Source: Blepharisma stoltei ATCC 30299
Taxonomy: Eukaryota > Protista > Ciliophora
Length of the DNA: 64,000 nucleotides
Direction: 5' to 3'
Assembly: GCA_965603825.1 (NCBI GenBank)
Contig: CBFDEM010000057.1
Location: 310,001 to 374,000 of the forward strand
Below the pieces are notes generated by a model, which had not been told where the DNA came from, did no database searches, and worked only from the letters and a program-made list of their open reading frames with translations. Position numbers and translations under genes: made by a program. Shown in pieces: positions 38,409 through 50,656 of this stretch (positions within the stretch are counted from its first letter, which is position 1; every line of letters starts with the position of its first letter).

Positions 38409-38576
38409 AGGCAAAAATAAATCATGTTTTGGAAATAAAGTTTTGAGAGACAATTCCGCAAGCTCATTTATCAAATCATTTTCGTTGTAAACGGTTGATC
38501 TCCAAAATAAGGATTTCTAAGATATTATGTGGTTGTTGTTTATGCTAAAATGTTTATAAAAATTAAATTTAATCCA

Positions 38577-39524
38577 TTAAGAAGTCACATCCAAATTTCG
38601 TCGATCATGCGATTCTTCATTTATTTTACCTGATTTCTCAAGCAACGAGGAATCGTAATCAGATACTGGATAAATCATGAATTGTAAAAAAGTAAAAATG
38701 ATCATTTCGCTACATAAAAGCAAATTGCTTGTTCAGCTTGTTATATTATCCACGCTGTCTATATCAGTGCTGATTATTAAATCTTCTGTAGCAAATAAAG
38801 TTATTATTAGTGGCTGTATAACAGTAAGCTGTAATGCAAATTGAGTGACAGCAAATTTCGGTTGGAGCTTCAGGTATCTCATTTCAGGTATCTTTTTGAC
38901 AAATCATATAAAGAGCAAAGTATAAATCATTGCTAACACCATGCTCGCCGATTTAGCGATTGTGAGCCATATCGCTCCATTTGACCCATGCTCAATTGAA
39001 TAGCTGTTATATCTTGTAGTCACAAGAATAGTAGTTATGATGGCAGCAGAAAGCAAAACAAAAATATATTGGTATGCTCCAAATTTTATCCTTTTGATAT
39101 ATGCCTGTGCTCTCGCTTCGTTGGTAAAGTAAAACTTCCCACAGAAAAAACATGATGCTTTCTCTTGCTTCATAAGAAGTTGAGTCATCTTTTCCTTTGA
39201 AAAAGCAGCTTGATCACTCTCGATTGTATGGCCTAGCATTTTTTCAATGTACGTTATAAAAGCTCATATGTTGAGAGCTCTGTCTGCTGATATCAATGAG
39301 TCAATAGCAGCTATTTTCGAGCCGACCAGAAGGCATACCCATGATGACCAGCCTATTACAAGTGGAGTTAGAAGTAAAAGAAAAATTCTTTTCTGAGCCG
39401 GCGGGTATAAGAAATTTCTTTTGTGATGCATCATTTGGATAAGAACTATGATAGATGCGATAATTAGAATAACACCCATAACTCCAACAGCTGAGCTCTC
39501 CCCAAGACTATCATGATCAAGCAT
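38577..39524 (-). CDS. OSTalpha/TMEM184-family protein, copy 3
   Basis: Intact 315-aa frame with UGA=Trp; 3-nt deletion near the C-terminus relative to copy 2. Confidence 0.8.
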
Positions 39525-39680
39525 TTAACAATTATAATAATTGTTGAAAGTATTATTAGTTTAAAGCAAGGCGTTTTTATCAGAATAATATTTTAATTGC
39601 AATCTAAGCCTCAATGTTAGCTATTTTTATATAATTTACCCTGAAAACAATTTAGATGAGAATAACATTTATAATTAAGA

Positions 39681-39785
39681 TTAACTCAACAAAATTATAA
39701 ATATGGAGAAAATTTATATATTGGCTGAATTGTCATTATCCTTATTTAGGCGCGCCTATGCATTCCGTAAAATTGATCTAAAACA
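39681..39785 (-). pseudogene. 3' remnant of a third Cys-rich surface-protein gene
   Basis: Aligns to 35456-35560, then jumps to sequence matching 36781 onward. Confidence 0.8.
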
Positions 39786-40272
39786 AGTTTTTATTTTTTT
39801 AATATTCCCAAATGTAAAAATAAATAACAAGCGCGAAAGAGCGTCAAAATTTGAGTAATCACATCGAGTTTAAAAAGCATCAATAATCTTAATATTTAAG
39901 ATGATTAAATTATAAAAAAGTAAAATGACATATTAAACCATAAGATAATAAAATTGCTTATAATTTTACTTAAATTAAGATAATTTCATTTAAGGACTTT
40001 TTGAATCTTTTAATTAGACCAAATATCTTTAAATCATTTAGTTTTTAGAAGTAAGCTGCCTTGTAAAACAATAGGCTTAATTTTCCTTAAATTAACTTTT
40101 TATTAATGCTTTCTTAATTTGACATCAAAGGATATTACAAAAAATGAAAGAGAAGATGCAGAAAAGTCAAGAAAATGCTAATAAAAATGCAAAATAAATT
40201 ATAATATTAGTATTCAGCACGTTTAATATACACAATAACTTATAATGCCGCTAGAATCGACTAAAAATAAAG

Positions 40273-40593
40273 ATGGATTTGCCAAATTATATTTTGAACG
40301 AACAAGCCCGATTAAAACTAAAAGAAAAAGAATTGATAAAGAAAAAAGAAATTTTACTTTACAAGATCAATAAAACAGAAAATGAAGAGATAAAAAGCAA
40401 TTACAGGGATATGCTAGTTTCAATTATATTTGAAATAGATGACATTAGTGATGCTATTGAAAATGCGGGAATGGTCGGAAGAGCTTGAGATGATTCTAGC
40501 TCATCAATGTTTTACTCAACTGAAGACTCGACTTCCTCCAGTTTTAGCGATTATAGCACTTTTAGAAGATCTAGAAATAATTATGGAATCTAG
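40273..40593 (+). CDS. Small hypothetical protein (106 aa): coiled-coil plus Ser-rich tail
   Basis: MDLPNYILNEQ...GRA-W(TGA)-DDSSSSMFYSTEDSTSSSFSDYSTFRRSRNNYGI*(TAG). Confidence 0.6.
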
Positions 40594-40819
40594 TAAAGAC
40601 TTAAAAGAAGCAATAAATTAGAATTTTTTAACTAAGCATAAACACATTTTCGTATATAGCAAAATCAATTTATAAATTAAATTCAAATATTTTTTGAATT
40701 ATATACGAGTGATTCTTTTATTAATTTTGATTAATGCTTAAAGTATATTAAATATCAGAAATAATATTAATAAAATAGGAAATAATTGATTATAATAAAG
40801 CTCAATGAGTGATTAATTA

Positions 40820-42685
40820 TTAATTTATTCTAAACCAAGTCTGATTATGATCAGCTCCATAACTTTGCAAAATATTCACTATTTCTTCTTTTTGATTAAT
40901 TATTGCTAAGTCCAAAGGAGTATAATCAAATGCGCTTTTTGGTGATAGATCAGCGCCATATTTAATCAAAGCATTAACTGCATTCAAATTCCCCCTTCTT
41001 GAAGCTTGATGGAGTGCAGTTTCTCCAGAATTTTCAAATTCATTTATTCTTGCACCTTTTTCACATAAAAACTCAACGATATCATCATGTCCACAAGCTG
41101 CAGCTACCATAAGCGGTGTCCATTTATAATAATCAGAAATATTAATATCAAACCCTGTATCAGTTATCAGCTGCAGAATCTTTCACATTCTTTTTTCAAC
41201 TGCCAAAATTATAATAGGCCTCATATGAAATTTTTCACCTATTGACCTTTCTTCGTTCAATATTTCATTTTCTTTATTAGCGATCTCATTTGAAATTAAA
41301 TAATTGAGAATAATAAGTGCTACATCTTCTTGCTGGCTTAATATATATAGTTGGCAAGCTTCATAAAATGATATTAAAGGAAATTGGTCTGCATATGAGT
41401 AAATTATCTTTGTAAGTATTGTTTGATTAGAAGCAAGTATATTGTAGTGAAGCCTACATCGAGAAAATTTAACTGAATTTTCCAAAAGAAAATTAAACAT
41501 TTCTAAATTATTTTCTTGAAGCGCTGCACAAATTGTATTACAGTTCCCTGAAAAATAGTTTTGAGTGTGCAAGCCTTTATCTATAAACAATTGGAAGATT
41601 TCAAGACTATTTTTACTTTTAACAGCTTCCAATAGGGCAGGAGCTTCTCCTGTATTGCTATATTTAACTGGCCAAATATCTGATCCACAATTTAAAAGCA
41701 GCTTGACCAAAGCGCTAAAACCTTTCTTTATAGCTGCATTTAAAAGAGTTGTATTATGAAAATATATATGATTAGATAAATCCAATCCATGCTTTATCAT
41801 CAAACTATAAGCTTCAACTAGTATCGCTTCATCTTCAGACTCATTTATTATCTGAAGTTGGGGATATTTTCATTCTTTCCATTTATTCGAAATAACATTT
41901 GTATCCCCTCCATTTCTTAGCCACTCTTTAAGTTCTGCTGTACCTTCAAGCTTACATAAAATATCATAAAAACTCAAATGAACAACCTCTATATTGTGAT
42001 TTCTCAATATATCAGCAACTCCAAAAGAGTCCTGTTCTATAAAAATTCTTTTTATATGTGAATACGTAAGGACTTTTTCAAACTCTTTTATTTTTATAAT
42101 TGAATTTTTGTGATAAATTTTTGACATCATCACATCAAGTATTTCTAATTGATTCAATTTGTCAATTAGTATTATTAAGTCACAAAAATTTGCTTTTGTA
42201 TGGCCTAAATAAAGTTTTTTTAATCTCGGGAAGAATTCACAAATTTTTTGAGAGCCAAGGTTAGAACTTCGATTATTTGTAAGTTTTAGCTCCTCTAAAT
42301 TGAAATATTTGGTATCTTCTTGAATGCTCTTATCAATCGTGGCTCATAAAATGTCTAATCTTATCTGATTGTTTGAAATATCAAGCTTTAATAATAAAGG
42401 ATTAGAAAAAATAACTTTAGCAAGTGTTTCTTCTGAAATGTGCACATTTTTCAAATCTATAGAGAAAAACTGATAATTCTTAATATGATTTGTAAGCATT
42501 TTATCTATATCAATATTGCCAGGCAATAGCTTATATATACGAGATCCTTCAAACGATAGGTAATGATAAGCTTTTTCAATCACAAATTTTCATTTCTTGC
42601 ATACACTTTGCTGGCTTACGACCTCATTAAATGGCCCAACTATTGTAAGAATGCTTGCTAAAATCGAATTAGGAATTTTATCCAT
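40820..42685 (-). CDS. F-box-like / LRR / ankyrin-repeat protein, paralog 1 (621 aa)
   Basis: MDKIPNSILASILTIVGPF...VCKKWK F-box-like start; LLKLDISNN and LEILDV LRRs; TPLMVAA, GETALHQA, TPLDLA ankyrins. All pieces in frame. Confidence 0.82.
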
Positions 42686-42742
42686 TACTAATTAAAGCTT
42701 TATAATAATTTGTTGGTTTTCTAAATTATCAAGTATTATATA

Positions 42743-44605
42743 TTAAAAAAATGAATATGGATCTTTATTATCTGGTTCTGCTACCTGCACTCGAACTCCA
42801 TTAAAAGCTCCTAAATGTTTCAAAACTGAAGTAGAGTCTCTTATTGATAAGTCTAAAGGTGTGAATCCATCATTAGATATTGAATTAATCACTGCCCCAG
42901 ATTTTATTAATTCTTTAATAGCTTCTACCTGATTATTTTTCGCAGCATGATGAAGCGCAGTCTTTCCAGAAAAATCTTTTTGATTTACGGGTGCTCCACA
43001 TAAGCAAAGAAAATTGATGACATCAGGATAGCCTTTTATCGAAGCTGACATTAAAGCAGTAATTCCAGTATTATCTCCCATACTAACATCAAAGCCTTTT
43101 TCAGTCAATTTGTATAGAATCCTCAAAGCTCGACTTTCAGCTGCAATGACCATAAGTGGTAGTCTAATCTCTTTTCCAAATTTTATAATTGATAAATTTG
43201 CTAGAATGCTTTTTTCGCTTATATGCCCTTGCCTAGCGGCTATAATTTCAATAAGCATTGATGCTCTTTTATTATTTAAATGCCTTACATAAACTTGAGC
43301 TGCTTCATATAGCATTTCTAATGTAAATAGATAGCAATATGAATTTAGTAAAGTATCAAAACATTCACTATCTGTAAAAAGTATGTTCTTATGACATGGA
43401 CATCTAAAATAAGGCACAGAGTTGTTAGCAAGATATGCAAACATTTTTCAATTTTCTTCAGAAGCTGCTGAGCAGATTGGGTTGCAAGTTCTTCCAAGAT
43501 AATTGTCCTGCTTTTGATAATTATAGTTAATAAATAATTGGAGTATCGATGGATCGTTTGATTTTGTCGCTAAAACTATAGGATGCTCATGATGAGAACC
43601 ATAGTTTGGCCAAATATCTGCACCGCATCTCAATAATATTTCGAAGAGCTTTTTCAATTGCTTGCCTATGGATGAATTTATATATGTGTTATTGTTTTGA
43701 TATAGATCAAGATTATACCTAATCATCAATTGAAAAGCTTTGCAAATGAGTTCTTCATCAGAGTTTCTCATGATGAAGTCTTTTTGTGGCGAATTTTGAT
43801 GTGTGCTCAGTAAATTAACATCTCCTCCATTTTTAAGGAAGATTTCGAGTAATTCCAAGTCAGCTATTGATTTTATTTGATTAAGCAAAGATTCAATATT
43901 TCTATTGATAATTTCAATGTGTTTTCTTTTAAATATATTTAATACTTCGATATCGCAAGCATCAAGGTAAACAGCTCGCAGAGATGTTCTGCTTAATGAT
44001 TCTTCTAATTCTTTTAAATTTAATCCATCTGCACAAAAACAATAAGAGATGTCAAGAATTTTCAATTTTTGTAAGGAGCATATCAAAATTTTAATAGATT
44101 CTCAAGAAGTAGAGGTGTTGCCGATGTATAGCTTGGCTAAATTTGGGAAACATATCGCTAATGTTTCTCTAATAGGTTCCGATCCTTTGACATTTGTTAA
44201 TCTAAGCTCTTCTAGTTTATGGTTTTTTTGGTTTGAGATCTCCATTTCTTTTAAAGTTTCCTCTCAAAGGCTTACTAAATCACAAAATGAATTTGACAAA
44301 TCAAGCTTCAGCATTTCAGGATTAGAGACAATAATTTTTGCAAGATTTTCTGCTCTACAATTAACATTCCTTAGATCTAAAGAAGTCAATTTTCAGCCTT
44401 CTCTAAACTTACGAAGACTAGTGTAAATGACTATTTCTCATGGCGTTAGTTGGAAACTTCGTGCTCCCTGAAAGGTCACATAATGATAAGCTCCTTCAAT
44501 GATTGATTTTCATTTTTTACAAACTAAAAGCAATCTTAAAATCTCAGGGAAAGATCCTACAATTGTTAAAATGTTTGCTAAAACAGGTCAAGGAATTTTT
44601 TCCAT
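42743..44605 (-). CDS. F-box-like / LRR / ankyrin-repeat protein, paralog 2 (620 aa)
   Basis: MEKIPWPVLANILTIVGSF...VCKKWK; LKILDISYC; GITALMSA, GKTALHHA, GFTPLD. Confidence 0.82.
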
Positions 44606-44639
44606 AATTTTATCTAATTACATATAAATTAAAATCACA

Positions 44640-45161
44640 TTACTCCAAAGGCTGAATTATAAGTATCCCTAATCCCCAGCGCACTAAAGCTGTATATGCT
44701 GCTAGCATTATAACAATCAGACACAGTAATCCTCTGAAAAGCACTTGCAGGGCTCCTTTAAAGTTCAGTTGAGTAATATCATCTGCTGAAGCAACCACAA
44801 TCCCTCCATAAATTGTTAGAGTAACGAGCAAAATCAATGCTACCTTCCATAAAGGGACTTGATCATTGCCATTAGCAGCTTCTTGCCCAGGTTGCTGTGT
44901 ATTTTCATTTCTTATTAAATTATGCTCATAAGCCCAAATAGACCATCGTGATTTATACATGCTATGGCAAATTTCACACTCGACTGACCCTGATTCTTTA
45001 ATTCATTCTTTTAAGCAGTCAGGATGTATATATCGAATAGAGCCCAAACAATTGCAAGGGATGCATAAATAAGTTTCTGGGTCTCCTCTCTCTAGGCAAA
45101 TGCGGCAAGATGTGTTTTCATCAATGTCTTTAATTTTAACCATGTCTGGCTCATCTTCCAT
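44640..45161 (-). CDS. RING-CH (MARCH-type) membrane E3 ligase with 2 TM helices
   Basis: CRIC...IPCNCLGSIRYIHPDCLKE-W(TGA)-I...CEIC (C4HC3), followed by two hydrophobic helices. Confidence 0.9.
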
Positions 45162-45356
45162 TTGAATTAAGTTAGTAAATTATAAAATTAGGAAATAGAA
45201 AAGAATTTTCAAAGCATGATAGGTTTTTCTATGTAGATTTACTAGAAATGACTAGTTGTCGATATTTCATATATTTTCAGGAGATTCGATAATGAGATTG
45301 ATTTATGGCATAAATTATTAGAATATCCTTAGCTGATGACTTAAATCTTTAGTATA

Positions 45357-47243
45357 TTAAGCACTATCAAAATTTACAAACGTTCCTTTTGCACCTACGC
45401 TTTCCAGTATCATGGCAATTTGATTTTTCTTTTTTCATCTTGCGTAATCTAACGGAGTCAATTTCTGAATGCAGGGAGCTGAAATATCAGCATTTTGCCC
45501 AATTAATTCAAAAGCGGCTTCTTTTTGACCATTTATTACTGCGAAATGCAAAGCAGTTTTGCCAGTGGAATCTTTTTCATCAATTAGCGCCCCTTTTTCA
45601 CACAGATATTTAATAATATCAGTATATCCTCGTGATGCAGCAGCTATTAAAGGAGTCCATCCATATTGATTTTTAACATTTAAATCAAAGCCAGCTTCTG
45701 CTAAAATTTCGACAATTTTATCTTGTTTTCTCTGAACAGCCAAAAGCAGAAGAGGCTCAAGGATCATGTGATCATAATTCCCAGTCTTTTTAAGAATATT
45801 TTTATAGGTCTCTTCTAAAGGCTTTATATCTTTTGTTACCAAATATTTTACTATTTCAATAGAAATATTTTTATGATTCTCACATATATTATATACTGCT
45901 GCTTCACATATATTATATACTGCTGCTTCGTACACAATATCCAATGGAAATAATTCAAACTGTGATTCAATTCCATATTTAAGAACACTCGCGTTGCAAA
46001 TTAAAATATTTTGGTGGCTTGGGCATCTGAAATATGGAAATTTATTTTTTATCAAAAAATTATACAAGTCTTGATCAAATCTCTCGTTTTCCATTACAAT
46101 GCAATAAGGATTGCAAAATCTTTTCAAAAAATAATCGCCAGTATGAAGTTTTAAATTCACAAAGGTGTGGAGAAAAGAAGGGTCCTTATTTCATAATTCA
46201 GCTGCCAAAAGAATTGGGGATCTTTCGTCTCTCGTAAGCTTTTTGGGTCATATATCGCATCCATTTCTCAGTAAAAAGTCAGCCAGTTTAAAAAACCCAA
46301 GCCTTAAGGCTTTGCTGAAAAGAAATTCACTGTGATTAATATGTGTTGAAATATCAAGTCCAAATCTAAGCATAATCTTAAAAGCCTCATATAAAAATTC
46401 ATCATCATTTTTAGGATCATTTGAGTATTTTTTGATAAAATCAAGTTGAGGCTTCGGATTTTCTAAAAAATTAGGATCACCACCTGCTAAAAGCCAATTT
46501 TCCAGAAGGCTTAAATCAGAATTCTCTAAAATATTTTCCAGGGTTTGCCCTACTACTCTTATATTTGGATTTCTTGAATATAATAGTTCTGCATCACACA
46601 GAGCTGGGCTAACAAAAACAACTTTTAATGATGAATCTGCCAGAAGTTCAGTTAAATTTTGAGGAGGCTTCTCCAGAGAGCTATTTATTGAAATATCTAG
46701 AATCTCTAACTTCCGGAGCTTTACTAAAATTTCAATCAAATCCTCAATCGGAATTTTGGTATTTCTTACATAAAGCTTTTTTAAGCATGGGCATAGCTGG
46801 GAAATATCAGCTCCAAAATGATCTCCAAGATAGCTTTTATAAATCCTCAAAACTTCCAAGCTCCTAAAAATTTTATTCTCTTTAAATTTGCCATTATTTG
46901 ATCTTAAAAGACTCTGCCAAACAGCACGCAAATTTTCACCAAAGTCTGAGATGCTGAGGCTCACTAAAAATGGGTTCCTTGTTAAGATATGTATCAATTT
47001 TTGCGTAGAATAAGAAAGCCCTCTCAAATCCAAATGCAAAATATTCCATCTCATTAGCATGCTGATTTTTATATTAGATGGCAAGAGGCTATCTTTTTGG
47101 TTTCCGATAAAAGATACATAGTGATGAGAATTTCGTATAATTTCTTTTCACCTTTTACACACTCGTGATAAAGATACAATTTGGTTAAATGGGCCGACAA
47201 TTCTTAAGATTTCAGATAAGATTGGGTTTGGTATTTTCTGCAT
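45357..47243 (-). CDS. F-box-like / LRR / ankyrin-repeat protein, paralog 3 (628 aa)
   Basis: MQKIPNPILSEILRIVGPF...VCKRWK; LKKLYV and LEILDIS LRRs; GWTPLIAA, GKTALHFA. Ends at TAA 45357-45359. Confidence 0.82.
45880..45929. repeat. Perfect in-frame 24-nt tandem duplication (EAAVYNIC x2)
   Basis: tcacatatattatatactgctgct repeated twice. Confidence 0.95.
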
Positions 47244-47418
47244 ATTTATTAAATTGCCAATAAAAATTTCTTTGCTATCAGCTTTAATGTTTTTCACAAT
47301 TATGTTGTCTATTTTTAAAATTTATATATTAAATATTACTTAAAGTAGAAGATGCTCACTGTTAAGCAATTAATAAATGCTAATTTTTATTTAAATGTTG
47401 ATACAAAAATGCATATTA

Positions 47419-48897
47419 TTAATTGCAATAATCTTTGAAGCCAAGCTGAAAATTTCCTTTATCATTTTGGTCTATAATATTCATGATTCCATAGGTAGGA
47501 ATCAGAATTAATGATATTAAAAGAACAGCTGCAAGAATCAGCACAAGTATCGATGCTCTCTTTTTTCTAATAACTATTTTCTTTATAAGTAAAATGCCAA
47601 CTGCAGCTCCTAACAGAGCTACTCCTCCAAACCATAAAGCATAATAAATGTCAACTAAATTTGCCATAATATAGAGTATCATTGATATGCTTGACGTTAA
47701 AAATATGACAATAGACGAGTTTGCTGCTGATACTTCAGGCCGGATCCCAAAAGAAAGCATCACAGGTCCAACAATCAACCCTGATCCAATGCCGAGCAAT
47801 CCAGCAAGAAAGCCAGAAATAATTGCATTTATTGAAAATTTTATTACTTTCTGGTAATCTCATTTCATATCAAATTCATCAAAATCGTAGTTGAGCCTGG
47901 CAAATTTTTGGTATCTTTTTACAAGATAAATTCCAGTTAAAATATTAATGATTAGCATTGATAAAAAATACCCTGCAATAAGAAAACCTCAATAACTGTC
48001 TGAACACATGGAAAATCCTAATATTGACTTGACATTTTTATCACCTTTGATAAATGAAGCTAGCACTACCCAACCAAAAATAGCTACTAATGCAACTACA
48101 GGGCCTCATAAAACAATTCCTTTTTCTCTATCAATTATTTTTTGCAGCTCTACGTTTATTTCTTGAGATTTAGCTAGTTCTGGGACAGCACATATAATGT
48201 AATTTGAATCCTCTGCATTTCCATTATCAATTTTCATAGGATCCATGTCTTCGATCATTTCATTACTATTACTAGCATAAATTCCAGCACTATGAAGATC
48301 CTGAGTCGCAGATTCCAATTTATTCTGGTCCACAACTTTTTTAAGCTGAGATTCCTTTTTATAAGCCTCAATTCCTTTTTTGAGAACTTTAGCTGTTAGA
48401 TAGACAACTGTTATGGTAAGTAATGCCAAAATTAATCAATCGGGGAATACTGTGTTAGCCATTACTCCTATAGAAGTCCCAAGCAATAAAAGACTGGCAA
48501 TATGCATAACTAAATCCCACGAAATTAAAGGACGATCCCTTGTCGGATGCCGATTTGGGATTCTTAAAGCAATAGAAATAATAGCCCCTCCCCAAATAAT
48601 AGCCTGAGCCAGAGAAATTGCAGAGTGGGTATCAAAATTAAAAATAAGCAATAATAGAGCTATCATAATTGTACTGCCTCCAACTCCTCCAGCATTAGAC
48701 AGCAGAGCTAAAATTAAAATAAGAAAACTTCCACCGATTTCTTGGCCATCAAGAGGAGCAAGGCCTTTGTGAATGCAATGACCATGCTCACAAGACGTAT
48801 ATTTTTTGCAGTCACTTTCGGTATCACATTTTGGTGAGTACTTGCTGTTTGCAGATGCTATCACAAGAAGACAGAAAAAGATCAATATATATCTCAT
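47419..48897 (-). CDS. TauE/SafE (sulfite exporter-like) membrane protein, paralog 1 (492 aa)
   Basis: SNAGGVGG, RHPTRDRPLISWD, GLLGIGSGLIVGPVMLSFGIRPEVSAANS; in frame across TGAs. Confidence 0.85.
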
Positions 48898-49177
48898 TAT
48901 TAAACTTATTTGATGGAGTTTGAGTCATATTTTAAATCAGTAATGCCATTTACCGCATTTATTAAATTATGAAATAGTCAGAAATTTTGCCAGTTTGTGT
49001 GATAATAAATATTAAACAATTTTAGTGTCTTCATTTCAGATTCAATTTATTTTTATTATGTATTGCCTTCTCTTTACATAAAAATGTTTCTTTAATTAAT
49101 AAAACATAAATATGATAATTTATCAAAACATATTATTTATAAGTAAGTCAATTAAGTTAAGAAAAAATCCCATCTAT

Positions 49178-50656
49178 TTAACTGCAATAATCCTTGAATC
49201 CTAATTGGAAATCTCCTTTATCATTTTGGTCTACAATATTAAGCGCACCATAAATCGGTATCATAATGCATGAAATCAAAAGAATTAAACCGAGGATTAT
49301 AATGAGAATTGAAGCTCGTTTCTTTTTAACGACGATTTTCCTTATCACAAGTAAACCTATCGCTGCTCCTACAAAGACAAATGCTAAAAACCAGCCTGCG
49401 TATGAAAGCTCAACCATATCTGCCATAAGATAAAGAATCATTGAAATACTTGAAGACACTACAATTACTGTAGAGGAGTTTGCCGCTGATACTTCAGGTC
49501 TGACTCCAAATGAAAGCATTACAGGCCCTACAATTAATCCAGATCCAACTCCCAGCAAACCCGCAAGAAAGCCTGAACATAAAGATATCAATGAAAATTT
49601 GACTATTTTGTGGAGATCCCATCGTAGATCATTTTCATCAAAGTTATATTTCAGCTCTTCAAGTTTTTTATTCCTCTTTAATAGGTATATTCCTGTTCAT
49701 ATATTAATTCCGAGCAGTGAAAGATAAAAGACAACCAGAAATCCCCAATACCCGTCAGAGCAATAGCTCAAGCCAACTAAGGAATTAACATTTTTATCAC
49801 CTTTTATAAATGAAGCAAGCACAACCCAACAAAATATGAGGATCGTTATGGTCACTGGACCCCACAAGACAATATTTTTCTCGCTTCGGATTATCGCTTT
49901 GAGCTCCCCACTTATCTCCCGATCAGTCGACTCCTCAGTAAGCTCGCAGATTACATATTTGGAGTCGTTATGGGACTCATGAGCTTTATTCTCATTTGTG
50001 TTCTCTTCTATGAGATCTTTGCTATCATTCACATACATCTCAATTGTTTCGATTTCCACAGTATCAGTATCGGCTGGCGCAGGGTGTACAGAAATTTTCT
50101 TCATCAATGTTTCCCGCTTGTAGGCAGCAACACCTCGCTTCAATATTTTATAAGACAGATAGATTACTAGCAAAGTCAGTAAAGCCAAAATTAGCCATTC
50201 AGGAAACATGACGTTCAGCATTACCCCGATAGACGTTCCTAATAAGAGCAGACTTGAAAGGTGCATGACGAGATCCCAAGAAATCAGTGGTCGATCTCTT
50301 GTAGGATGCCGATTTGGAATCCTTAAAGCAACTGAAATTAATGCACCTGCCCAAATTATCGCTTGTGCTAATGGAATCGCTGAGTGGGTCTCAAAATGGT
50401 AGACAAGCAGGAGGAGGGCAATCATAATTGTGCTGCCTCCAATCCCTGCAGCGTTAGATAGCAGAGCTAAGACAAAGATGCAGAGAGTTCCACCCACTTC
50501 TTGACCATCTAGAGGAATAAGACTTTTATGTATGCAATGCTTGTCCTCGCAGCTTGTGTATGTTTTGCAATCACTATCAGTGGTGCATTTGGGTGCGTAT
50601 TTGTTGCTCGCGCTAGTTAAGACAATGAGACAGAGACATATTAAAAAGCATTTCAT
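49178..50656 (-). CDS. TauE/SafE membrane protein, paralog 2 (492 aa)
   Basis: Colinear tandem paralog with the same motifs. Confidence 0.85.

Larger units (their letters stand above)
37902..40907. repeat. Tandem segmental duplication, right unit (extra ~0.5 kb segment, ~1.2 kb deletion)
   Basis: Same matches as the left unit. Lacks the equivalent of 35560-36781 and carries unique sequence at 37961-38460. Confidence 0.88.

Noticed and set aside
37961-38462. Retained IES or transposon insertion
   Set aside because: Compared with the left unit it replaces ~60-70 nt rather than inserting cleanly at a TA; no terminal inverted repeats or transposase are visible.
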